A stretch of DNA of 64,000 nucleotides from Isoptericola halotolerans (GTDB lineage Bacteria > Actinomycetota > Actinomycetes > Actinomycetales > Cellulomonadaceae). The stretch's first letter is position 1; the number at the start of each line of letters is the position of its first letter. Where the stretch lies: the NCBI RefSeq assembly GCF_013149785.1, contig NZ_JABEZU010000003.1:124001-188000 (forward strand), given 5' to 3'. A program made the position numbers and the translations under genes. Of the stretch, positions 39,606 through 49,339 are shown in pieces. Below the pieces are notes generated by a model, which was not told where the DNA came from, did not search any database, and saw nothing but the letters and a program-made list of their open reading frames with translations.

Positions 39606-40967
39606 ATGGCTCGCATCACCCCCCTCTCCGGGTTCCCCGAATGGCTCCCCGACGGTCGCGTCGTCGAGCAGCACGTGCTGGACGTCCTGCGCCGGACGTT
39701 CGAGCTGCACGGGTTCGCCGGGATCGAGACCCGGGCGGTCGAGCCGCTGGACCAGCTGCTGCGCAAGGGCGAGACCTCCAAGGAGGTCTACGTGCTCCAC
39801 CGCCTCCAGGCCGAGGACGAGGAGGACGCCACGGCGCCGCGGTCCGAGAAGCAGCTCGGCCTGCACTTCGACCTGACCGTCCCGTTCGCGCGCTACGTGC
39901 TCGAGAACGCCGGTCGGCTGGCGTTCCCCTTCAAGCGCTACCAGATCCAGAAGGTCTGGCGGGGCGAGCGGCCCCAGGACGGCCGGTTCCGGGAGTTCAC
40001 CCAGGCGGACATCGACGTCGTGGGTGCCGGCGAGCTGCCGTACCACTACGAGGTCGAGCTGCCGCTGGTCATGGCCGAGGCGCTCGGGGCCCTGCGTGAC
40101 GTGGGCGTGCCCGCGGTGCGCGTGCTGGTCAACAACCGCAAGGTCGCCGAGGGCTTCTACCGGGGGCTGGGTATCGAGGACGTCGAGGGCGTGCTGCGGC
40201 AGATCGACAAGCTGGACAAGATCGGCGCCGAGCAGGTCGCCGCACTGCTGGTGTCCGAGCAGGGTGCGACGGCGCAGCAGGCCGGGGCCTGCCTCGACCT
40301 GGCGGCCATCAGCGGCAGCGACGCCACCGTGGTCTCACGCGTCCGGGCGCTCGCCGACGAGCACGGCGCCGGCACCGAGCTGCTCGACGAGGGCCTGGGC
40401 GAGCTCGCCGCGCTGATCGAGGCAGCGGCGGCCCGCGCGCCGGGCGTCGTCGTGGCGGACCTGAAGATCGCCCGCGGCCTCGACTACTACACCGGCTCGG
40501 TCTACGAGACGGTGCTGGTCGGCCACGAGGACCTCGGTTCGATCTGCTCGGGTGGCCGGTACGACACCCTCGCCTCGGACGGCAAGAACACCTACCCGGG
40601 CGTCGGGCTGTCGGTCGGCGTCTCGCGGCTGGTCTCGCGGTTGCTGTCCGCCGGCCTGCTGGCGGCCACGCGTGGTGTCCCGACGTCCGTGCTCGTGGCG
40701 GTCTCGGACGAGGAGTCCCGCGCGACGTCCGACGCCGTGGCTGCCGCGCTGCGTGCCCGCGGCATCCCGGCGGACGTCGCGCCGACGGCGGCGAAGTTCG
40801 GCAAGCAGATCAAGTTCGCCGACCGGCGTGGCATCCCGTTCGTGTGGTTCCCCGGCGAGGAGCACCAGGTCAAGGACATCCGCACGGGTGACCAGGTGGC
40901 CGCCGACCCCGCTGTGTGGGCACCTCCGGCCGAGGACCTGCACCCGAGGGTCGTGCCCGCCGTCTGA
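39606..40967 (+). CDS. hisS: Histidine--tRNA ligase
   Basis: DLTVPFARY, RGERPQDGRFREF, RGLDYYTG and SGGRYD motifs. Confidence 0.98.
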   Translation: MARITPLSGFPEWLPDGRVVEQHVLDVLRRTFELHGFAGIETRAVEPLDQLLRKGETSKEVYVLHRLQAEDEEDATAPRSEKQLGLHFDLTVPFARYVLENAGRLAFPFKRYQIQKVWRGERPQDGRFREFTQADIDVVGAGELPYHYEVELPLVMAEALGALRDVGVPAVRVLVNNRKVAEGFYRGLGIEDVEGVLRQIDKLDKIGAEQVAALLVSEQGATAQQAGACLDLAAISGSDATVVSRVRALADEHGAGTELLDEGLGELAALIEAAAARAPGVVVADLKIARGLDYYTGSVYETVLVGHEDLGSICSGGRYDTLASDGKNTYPGVGLSVGVSRLVSRLLSAGLLAATRGVPTSVLVAVSDEESRATSDAVAAALRARGIPADVAPTAAKFGKQIKFADRRGIPFVWFPGEEHQVKDIRTGDQVAADPAVWAPPAEDLHPRVVPAV

Positions 40968-40977
40968 CCCGCGGCCG

Positions 40978-41361
40978 TCAGGCCTCGAGGAGCGAGAGCA
41001 CGTTGCCGGCCGGGTCGGCGAACCAGGCGATCGTGGGACCCTCGGCCGGGTCCGTGCTCCGGACGATCCCGTCGTCGTCGTGCGGGAAGCCGGGGTAGCG
41101 CAGCAGCTCCGCACCTCGCTCGGCGAGGTCGGCGGCCGCTGCGGCGACGTCGGGCACCTCCAGGTTGAGGACGGTGAACGATGCCGGCTCGTGCGCGTCG
41201 CCCTTGGGGTAGACGAACACCGCCGAACCGCCCGTCACGTCGAGCTCCAGCCCCATGGGGTTGCGGCGGACGGTGAGCCCGAGGACGTCCCGGTAGAAGT
41301 TCTCGGCGGCGTCGAGGTCGTCGACGGAGAATCCGCTGAACGCGCGGTGGACGGTGAGCAT
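40978..41361 (-). CDS. VOC/glyoxalase family protein
   Basis: VDDLDAA..FY..VLG and AWFADPAGNVL motifs. AAGGAG RBS. Confidence 0.88.
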   Translation of the reverse strand: MLTVHRAFSGFSVDDLDAAENFYRDVLGLTVRRNPMGLELDVTGGSAVFVYPKGDAHEPASFTVLNLEVPDVAAAAADLAERGAELLRYPGFPHDDDGIVRSTDPAEGPTIAWFADPAGNVLSLLEA

Positions 41362-41498
41362 GGTGGTCTCCTTCGTGGCGGGGCCGGTCTCCGGCGTGCA
41401 AAGGGTGGACCGACGTCACCGGAAGAACTGAGCGGTGACACCTGCGTGTCCTGGCAGCACCCCGTCTCGTCGCACCCGGCCCTCGGTTGAACTCCGGT

Positions 41499-41514
41499 GC
41501 GAACATGTGTTCGA
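41499..41514. promoter_or_regulatory. LexA (SOS) box overlapping the promoter of the radical SAM gene
   Basis: GCGAAC-ATGT-GTTCGA, 7 nt before the ATG. TTGAAC -35-like hexamer at 41487. Confidence 0.8.
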
Positions 41515-41521
41515 ATGAGCC

Positions 41522-42661
41522 ATGAGATGGGACGCGCAGTCGATCACCGCGGACGACGGGGCACTGCCCGGGCTCGACCGGACCGGCCTGGCCCGCGCAG
41601 GCCTGGTACGCACGGTGCGCACGCCGGAGTTCGCCGGGATCACGTTCCACGAGGTGCTGGCGAAGAGCGCGCTGTCCAAGGTGCCGGCCGCGTCCCGCAT
41701 GCCGTTCGGCTGGACGGTCAACCCGTACCGGGGCTGCAGCCATGCCTGCCGCTACTGTTTCGCCCGTCCGACGCACGAGTACCTCGACCTGGACGCCGGC
41801 AAGGACTTCGACTCGGAGGTCGTGGTCAAGACGAACGTCGACGACGTGCTGCGCGCCGAGCTGGCGAGGCCGTCCTGGCGGCGCGAGGCCGTCGCCCTGG
41901 GGACCAACACCGACCCGTACCAGCGTGCCGAGGGACGCTACCGGTTGATGCCGGGCATCATCACCGCGCTCGCGGACTCGGGCACCCCGTTCTCGATCCT
42001 CACCAAGGGCACGCTGCTGCGACGCGACCTGCCCCTCATCGCCGAGGCCGCCGAACGCGTCGAGGTGGGCCTCGGGGTGTCCTTGGCGTTCGTCGACGAG
42101 AAGCTGCAGCAGCAGGTCGAACCGGGCACACCGACGCCCCGTGCGCGGCTCGACCTCGTCCGGGCGGTGCGCGACGCCGGTCTGCCCTGCGGTGTGATGG
42201 TGGCGCCCGTCCTGCCGTGGCTCACCGACTCCACCGACCACCTGAGACGACTGCTGGACGCCGTCGGTGAGGCCGGTGCGACAGGGGTCACGGTGGTCCC
42301 GCTGCACCTCAAGCCGGGCACGCGCGAGTGGTACCTCCAGTGGCTCCAGCAGGACCACCCGCACCTCGTGGCCGGGTACGACCGCGTCTTCGCGGGCGGG
42401 ACCTACGCCCTGAAGGCCTACCGCGAGTGGTTGTGGGAGCGGGTGCGACCCCTGCTCGACGAGCACGGGTTCGGACGGTCCGGGCACAGGTCAGGGTCCG
42501 GCGCCACCGGCCGGCGTGGCGAGCTCCGTCCGCACGGCGAGGGCGACTACCCGGTCGGCTCCATGGTCGAGAGCTCCGCCGGAGGGGCCGTGGCGGGCAT
42601 GCCGCGGCACGGTGGGGGTGTCGAGGTTGCCGGTGCCCAGACAGACCAGGCACTCTTCTGA
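41522..42661 (+). CDS. Rv2578c-family radical SAM protein (SplB-like DNA repair)
   Basis: NPYRGCSHACRYCFAR (CxxxCxxC), GTNTDPYQ and ILTK motifs. Confidence 0.92.
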   Translation: MRWDAQSITADDGALPGLDRTGLARAGLVRTVRTPEFAGITFHEVLAKSALSKVPAASRMPFGWTVNPYRGCSHACRYCFARPTHEYLDLDAGKDFDSEVVVKTNVDDVLRAELARPSWRREAVALGTNTDPYQRAEGRYRLMPGIITALADSGTPFSILTKGTLLRRDLPLIAEAAERVEVGLGVSLAFVDEKLQQQVEPGTPTPRARLDLVRAVRDAGLPCGVMVAPVLPWLTDSTDHLRRLLDAVGEAGATGVTVVPLHLKPGTREWYLQWLQQDHPHLVAGYDRVFAGGTYALKAYREWLWERVRPLLDEHGFGRSGHRSGSGATGRRGELRPHGEGDYPVGSMVESSAGGAVAGMPRHGGGVEVAGAQTDQALF

Positions 42662-42751
42662 GGCCGCTGGTACGTCTCGCATGGATCCGTCCCGGTGACC
42701 GTGGGCTCCCGGCGTGGGCCATGACCCGACCGCCCCGGACGTCCGGAGGGG

Positions 42752-43111
42752 TCACCGGACGAACGAGAACCACAGGACGAACAGGCAGAGGGCCAGCATC
42801 CCGGTCGCGTTGACGAAGAAGTTCCGCCCCAGGTCGCGGGCCCGGACATGGAAGGTCATGGCCACGACGAAGTAGGCCACCAGAGAGGCCGACGTGACGG
42901 CGCCGAGCACCGGGATCCCGAGGCCGGCGACCAACCCGAGTGCCGCCGCGGCCTTGACCCACGGGGTGACCCACCACCACCGCTCGGGGAAGTTCACGTC
43001 GCGGAAGCACTGCGCGATGAAGGGCACGGGCTTGATGCAGAGGACGGCGTCGACGGCCGTGACCAGAGCCAGCACCAGCACCGGCCAGGTCGGATCGGGG
43101 ATCGACCGCAT
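42752..43111 (-). CDS. DoxX-like membrane protein
   Basis: Four TMs; 'K.AAA.GL..G' and 'H.RARD' motifs. TAGCCT lies 6 nt before the ATG. Confidence 0.75.
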   Translation of the reverse strand: MRSIPDPTWPVLVLALVTAVDAVLCIKPVPFIAQCFRDVNFPERWWWVTPWVKAAAALGLVAGLGIPVLGAVTSASLVAYFVVAMTFHVRARDLGRNFFVNATGMLALCLFVLWFSFVR

Positions 43112-43165
43112 GACTCGAGGCTACGACACAGGACGACGGCCGTGAACCGGGTGGTGTCGAGGACG

Positions 43166-43639
43166 TCAGCCGTCGGCGCCCAACCGAGCCGGGAAGCCGC
43201 CGGTCGCGATCGGGCCCCACCGCTCGATGGTGATCCGCACCACCGACTTGCCCTGCGCGACCATCGCGGCGCGGTACTCGTCCCAGTCGGGGTGATCCTG
43301 GCCGGCCGCGGCGCGGTAGTACTCGACCAGCGGCTCGACCGACTCCGGCAGGTCGAGGACCTCGGCCGTGCCGTCCACCTGCACCCACGCGTCGCCGAAG
43401 TCCTCGCCCTGGGACATGAACGACGCCTGCGGTCGCCGGCGCAGGTTCGCCGCCTTCGCGCGTTCCGGGTAGGTCGAGACCACGACGCGTCCGGCCTCGT
43501 CGATCCCGTAGGTGACCGGGCTGAGCTGGGGGCGACCGTCGCCACGGGTCGTCACGAGCACCCCGTTGCGGCGTGACCGCAGGAACTCGACGAGCTCCTC
43601 GCGAGACACGGTCGTGCTGGTCGCGATCTGGCGGGCCAT
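43166..43639 (-). CDS. PPOX-class (putative F420-dependent) oxidoreductase
   Basis: T.R.DGRPQLSPV, AKAANLRRRP and HPDWDEYR motifs. GAGGAG RBS. Confidence 0.88.
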   Translation of the reverse strand: MARQIATSTTVSREELVEFLRSRRNGVLVTTRGDGRPQLSPVTYGIDEAGRVVVSTYPERAKAANLRRRPQASFMSQGEDFGDAWVQVDGTAEVLDLPESVEPLVEYYRAAAGQDHPDWDEYRAAMVAQGKSVVRITIERWGPIATGGFPARLGADG

Positions 43640-43761
43640 GGTGTTCTCCTCGCGGTGGCGGTGCGGTGCCCCAGTAGGATGGCACGGGCGTCGCGCGCGC
43701 CCCACGCCGGACGCCGTGAGGCTCCGGCGGACGCAACCATCTCGTTCGAAAGGACCCCTTC

Positions 43762-45549
43762 GTGCTCCGCACCCACACGGCCGGCTCACTGCGGGCCGAG
43801 CACATCGGCCAGACCGTCACCCTCACGGGCTGGGTCGATCGCCGCCGGGATCACGGGGGAGTGGCCTTCATCGACCTGCGCGACGCCTCCGGCATCGCGC
43901 AGGTCGTCATCCGTGACGAGGACACCGCGCACCCGCTGCGCTCGGAGTTCGTGCTGCAGGTCAGCGGCGAGGTCTCCCGCCGTCCCGACGGCAACGCCAA
44001 CCCCAACCTCGCCACCGGGGAGGTCGAGGTCATCGCCACCGACGTCGTCGTGCTGAACACCTCCGAGGCGCTGCCCTTCCAGGTGTCCACGGCGCTCGCG
44101 GACACGGAGGTCATCGGCGAGGAGGCGCGCCTCAAGCACCGCTACCTCGACATGCGTCGGCCCGCGCAGGCGCACGCCCTGCGGCTTCGGGCCAAGGTCA
44201 GCTCGGCGGCCCGACGGGTGCTCGACGCCCGTGACTTCGTCGAGGTCGAGACCCCGACGCTGACTCGCTCGACGCCGGAGGGTGCTCGTGACTTCCTCGT
44301 CCCGGCCCGTCTGGCGCCCGGCTCGTGGTACGCCCTGCCGCAGTCGCCCCAGCTGTTCAAGCAGCTGCTCATGGTCGGCGGCCTGGAGCGCTACTACCAG
44401 ATCGCTCGCTGCTACCGCGACGAGGACTTCCGGGCCGACCGTCAGCCCGAGTTCACCCAGCTCGACGTCGAGATGAGCTTCGTCGAGCAGGACGATGTCA
44501 TCGCGCTCACCGAGGACCTGCTCGCCGAGATCTGGTCGCTCGTCGACGTCGAGGTGCCCCGCCCGATCGAGCGGATCACCTACGCCGACGCCATGCGCCT
44601 GTACGGCACCGACAAGCCCGACCTGCGCTTCGCCAACCCGCTGGTCGAGCTCACGGACTACTTCAAGGACACCCCGTTCCGGGTGTTTCAGAACGAGTAC
44701 GTCGGTGCCGTCGTCATGCCTGGCGGTGCCTCGCAGCCGCGTCGCCAGTTCGACGCCTGGCAGGAGTGGGCCAAGCAGCGCGGCGCTCGCGGCCTCGCGT
44801 ACGTGACGTTCGCCGCCGACGGCACGCTCGGTGGCCCGGTCGCCAAGAACCTGTCGGACGCCGAGCGCGACGGTCTCGCCGCCGCGACCGGGGCAGAGCC
44901 GGGCGACGCGGTGTTCTTCGCCGCGGGCAAGACGTCGGAGTCGCGGGCCCTGCTCGGCGCCGCGCGGGTGGAGATCGCCGAGCGGACCGGCATGATCGAC
45001 GCCGACGCCTGGTCGTTCGTGTGGGTCGTCGACGCCCCCCTGTTCAAGTCTGCCGGCGAGGCCGCCGAGGAGGGTGACGTGGCCCTGGGCACGTCTGCCT
45101 GGACGGCCGTGCACCATGCCTTCACCTCGCCGCACCCGGAGTGGCTCGACCGTTTCGAGTCGGACCCGGGCAACGCGCTGGCGTACGCCTACGACATCGT
45201 CTGCAACGGCAACGAGATCGGTGGTGGCTCGATCCGTATCCACCGCCGCGACGTGCAGGAGCGAGTCTTCGACGTCATGGGCATCGGCCCGGACGAGGCG
45301 CAGGAGAAGTTCGGGTTCCTGCTCGACGCGTTCAAGTTCGGGGCTCCGCCGCACGGCGGCATCGCCTTCGGCTGGGACCGCATCGTGGCGCTGCTGACGG
45401 GCTCGCCGTCGATCCGCGACGTGATCGCCTTCCCGAAGTCGGGCGGCGGCTACGACCCGCTGACGCATGCTCCCGCGCCGATCTCGGCCGAGCAGCGCAA
45501 GGAGGCCGGTGTGGACACCGTGGCGGACGAGGACGCGGACCAGGCCTGA
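43762..45549 (+). CDS. aspS: Aspartate--tRNA ligase (likely non-discriminating Asp/Asn type)
   Basis: RRRDHGG, GNAN loop, PQSPQLFKQ and [11 protein letters not shown] motifs. Confidence 0.98.
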   Translation: MLRTHTAGSLRAEHIGQTVTLTGWVDRRRDHGGVAFIDLRDASGIAQVVIRDEDTAHPLRSEFVLQVSGEVSRRPDGNANPNLATGEVEVIATDVVVLNTSEALPFQVSTALADTEVIGEEARLKHRYLDMRRPAQAHALRLRAKVSSAARRVLDARDFVEVETPTLTRSTPEGARDFLVPARLAPGSWYALPQSPQLFKQLLMVGGLERYYQIARCYRDEDFRADRQPEFTQLDVEMSFVEQDDVIALTEDLLAEIWSLVDVEVPRPIERITYADAMRLYGTDKPDLRFANPLVELTDYFKDTPFRVFQNEYVGAVVMPGGASQPRRQFDAWQEWAKQRGARGLAYVTFAADGTLGGPVAKNLSDAERDGLAAATGAEPGDAVFFAAGKTSESRALLGAARVEIAERTGMIDADAWSFVWVVDAPLFKSAGEAAEEGDVALGTSAWTAVHHAFTSPHPEWLDRFESDPGNALAYAYDIVCNGNEIGGGSIRIHRRDVQERVFDVMGIGPDEAQEKFGFLLDAFKFGAPPHGGIAFGWDRIVALLTGSPSIRDVIAFPKSGGGYDPLTHAPAPISAEQRKEAGVDTVADEDADQA

Positions 45550-45558
45550 GCACCACGG

Positions 45559-45636
45559 CCGAACATGCCCTGGCGACCGCCGAACATGCCGTGGCGGCCC
45601 GTCAGTCGAAGCTGACGGGCCGCCACGGCATGTTCG
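45559..45636. repeat. 25-bp perfect inverted repeat with a tandem partial arm copy (REP-like element or terminator)
   Basis: CGAACATGCCGTGGCGGCCCGTCAG-TCGAAG-CTGACGGGCCGCCACGGCATGTTCG (45581-45636). CCGAACATGCCCTGGCG lies 21 nt upstream. Confidence 0.85.
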
Positions 45637-45679
45637 ACGCCGGGCGGGGCGTGTCGGTATCTCTCCGTAGGCTGGCCGC

Positions 45680-47092
<1,413 letters not shown>

Positions 47093-47111
47093 GCACCGTG
47101 GTCCGCGACCC

Positions 47112-47150
47112 CCTGGCAGTGTCCTGACGGAATCCTGAGGCAGCCTTGCC
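47112..47150. promoter_or_regulatory. Four direct repeats phased at 11 bp (candidate OmpR/PhoB-type binding array)
   Basis: CCTGGC (47112), CCTGAC (47123), CCTGAG (47134), CTTGCC (47145). Confidence 0.5.
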
Positions 47151-47226
47151 ACGGTCCGGAGCAACTCTCGCGCCGAGCGTCCCACGATCGGACCATGAGC
47201 CTCCGCACGAGTGCATCCCGCAGCCG

Positions 47227-47613
47227 ATGACCACCGCCGGCACCGACCTGGCGCGAGCCTGGGCGTCGCTCGAGGAGGAGCTCGACGGCGACCGCGAGGC
47301 CGTGGAACGGTTCGTGCTCGCCTGGAGCGAGCATCTGGAGGAACGCCTGACGGCGGTCGGCTACGCGCTGGCGGCGGGCGACGAGCCCGCTGCCCGGACG
47401 ACGCTGTCGACCCTCCGCCAGTCCTCGCGAGCGGTGGGAGCGCACCATCTGGCCGCCCTTGCCGGGCGCGCTCTGCGATCGCTGGACTCCGGTGCCCAGG
47501 CTGCCGCGAGCGTGCTGCTGCCGGCACGCTCCGTCGCCGACGACACGCTGCGCGTGGTGGCCACGCAGCTCCTGGCGTGGCATGCGCGAACGGCACGAGC
47601 GCAGATGCGTTAA
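47227..47613 (+). CDS. Hpt-like four-helix protein lacking the phosphoacceptor His
   Basis: L.EEL.GD...V.RF...W...L..RL, then 'LSTLRQSSRAVGA..LA', aligning with the Hpt motif AHxLKGSSxxxGA. Start uncertain. Confidence 0.6.
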   Translation: MTTAGTDLARAWASLEEELDGDREAVERFVLAWSEHLEERLTAVGYALAAGDEPAARTTLSTLRQSSRAVGAHHLAALAGRALRSLDSGAQAAASVLLPARSVADDTLRVVATQLLAWHARTARAQMR

Positions 47614-47766
47614 GATGGTCCGGTTGCCCTCGAGGCGACCGCCTGGGACCTCGGCCCCGCGAGCATCTCGCTCCGTCGGCTGGTCCCGCACCCGACACCC
47701 TCGGCCCTCGTGGCCGGTGTGCCTCGGGTGTGACCTCACCATCCCACGACAGGACAGGAAGCAACC

Positions 47767-48393
47767 GTGACTGCTGTCACCAAGTCGCGCCGCCAGGTGC
47801 GCCTCAGCCGTAAGCTCGGCATCCCGCTGACGCCCAAGGCCGTCAAGCACTTCGAGAAGCGCCCTTACCCCCCGGGTGAGCACGGCCGCGCCCGTCGTCG
47901 CACCGAGTCGGACTACGCGGTGCGTCTGCGCGAGAAGCAGCGTCTGCGCGCCCAGTACGCGCTGCGCGAGAAGCAGCTCCTCAAGGTCTACGAGGACGCC
48001 CGCAAGCACCCCGGCCTGACCGGTGAGGTCATGGTCGAGGACCTCGAGACCCGCCTGGACGCGCTCGTGCTGCGCAGCGGCTTCGCCCGCACGATCCTGC
48101 AGGCTCGCCAGGCGGTCACGCACCGTCACATCCTCGTCGACGGCAAGATCGTGGACCGCCCCTCCTTCCGCGTGAAGCCGGGTCAGACGCTCCAGGTCAA
48201 GCCCAAGTCGCAGACCACGACGCCGTTCCAGGTCGCCGCCGCCGGCGCCCACCGTGACGTCCTGCCGGAGCTCCCGGGCTACCTGGACGTCAGCCTGGAG
48301 AAGCTGTCGGCCACCCTCACGCGCGCCCCGAAGCGCGCCGAGGTCCCTGTCACCTGCGAGGTCCAGCTGGTCGTCGAGTACTACGCCCGCTGA
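47767..48393 (+). CDS. rpsD: 30S ribosomal protein S4
   Basis: [24 protein letters not shown] and LVVEYYAR motifs. Confidence 0.98.
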   Translation: MTAVTKSRRQVRLSRKLGIPLTPKAVKHFEKRPYPPGEHGRARRRTESDYAVRLREKQRLRAQYALREKQLLKVYEDARKHPGLTGEVMVEDLETRLDALVLRSGFARTILQARQAVTHRHILVDGKIVDRPSFRVKPGQTLQVKPKSQTTTPFQVAAAGAHRDVLPELPGYLDVSLEKLSATLTRAPKRAEVPVTCEVQLVVEYYAR

Positions 48394-48413
48394 CCCTGCT
48401 GCACGACGGCACA

Positions 48414-48451
48414 CCGGACGCCCCGCCCCTCTCAGGGAGCGGGGCGTCCGG
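48414..48451 (+). terminator. Hairpin terminator after rpsD
   Basis: CCGGACGCCCCGC...GCGGGGCGTCCGG. Confidence 0.7.
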
Positions 48452-48490
48452 CGTATAGGGTGGCCGAGCACCCGATCGAGGAGATGACAG

Positions 48491-48874
48491 ATGTCCGTTG
48501 GGGACGTGGCGGGCCTGGTCGCCGCCTTCGCGTTCGTGCTGCTCGTCGGCTTTCTCGCCGTGCCGCTGGTCAAGCTCGGCAGGGCTTTCGACGAGACGAC
48601 CCGGTCCATCCGTGAGCTGACCGAGCACTCCGTGCCGATCCTGGACGAGGCGGCCACCACCGTGGCCTCCACGAACGACCAGCTCGTCAAGGTCGACACG
48701 ATCACCACGTCCGCTGCCCAGGTCAGCGAGAACGTCTCGGCACTCACCGGTCTCTACGCCTCCACGCTGGGTCGTCCCCTGGTCAAGGTCGCGGCGTTCT
48801 CCTACGGGGTGCGCCAGGCGTTCGGTGCGTCCTGGCGCAAGCAGGCCGCCGACGACGGCGGTGACCCCCGGTGA
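48491..48874 (+). CDS. DUF948 (YoxC-like) membrane-anchored protein
   Basis: N-terminal TM, coiled coil, 'P..KVAAFSYGVR'. Conserved position before alaS. Confidence 0.8.
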   Translation: MSVGDVAGLVAAFAFVLLVGFLAVPLVKLGRAFDETTRSIRELTEHSVPILDEAATTVASTNDQLVKVDTITTSAAQVSENVSALTGLYASTLGRPLVKVAAFSYGVRQAFGASWRKQAADDGGDPR

Positions 48875-49257
48875 TCCGCCGCCTGTTCTGGGTGGGTGTC
48901 GGCGTGACGATCACCGTGGTGGTGATCCGCCAGGGTCGGCGTGTCGTGGCCCGCTACACCCCCGAGGCCGTCACTGAGCGCGCTTCCGAGCTGGGGCGCA
49001 CGGCATCACGCCGCACCGGCACGTTCCTGTCCTCGTTCCGTGGCGAGTTCACGGCGGCACGGGACGCGCGAGAGGCCGAGCTGGTGGCCGCGCTGCTGGC
49101 GGAGGGCCAGCCGCACCCCGACGAGGTGCGTGCCGCCCGCGCGGACCGTGGCCGCCACGCCGCCCGCGGCGCCTCGTCGTCGGCCGCCGCCGCCGCGACC
49201 GCTGACCCCGAGGCCCGGATCCGGGCCGACGAGGACGAGCTCGGGTACTCGTTCTGA
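48871..49257 (+). CDS. Conserved membrane-anchored hypothetical protein
   Basis: MIRRLFWVGVG N-terminus, '.REAEL' motif. GTGA overlap. Confidence 0.75.
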   Translation: MIRRLFWVGVGVTITVVVIRQGRRVVARYTPEAVTERASELGRTASRRTGTFLSSFRGEFTAARDAREAELVAALLAEGQPHPDEVRAARADRGRHAARGASSSAAAAATADPEARIRADEDELGYSF

Positions 49258-49339
49258 ACCGGACCTGCCTCGGGGGATAATCCTGGGCAGGTCTGCCCGA
49301 CCGCCGTCGGGCACCATCGATCACGTCACGAAGGACACC

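Noticed and set aside
45559..45636. Possible CRISPR array or LexA box
   Set aside because: No repeat-spacer series and no cas genes; only GAAC half-sites, without N4-GTTC spacing.
48941..49339. N-terminal extensions in the ORF track (alaS, patA, apt, udgB, aroE, GDPD, MFS, FAD oxidase, DUF4397)
   Set aside because: They overlap upstream genes or promoters; RBS, -10 position and family N-termini support the later starts.
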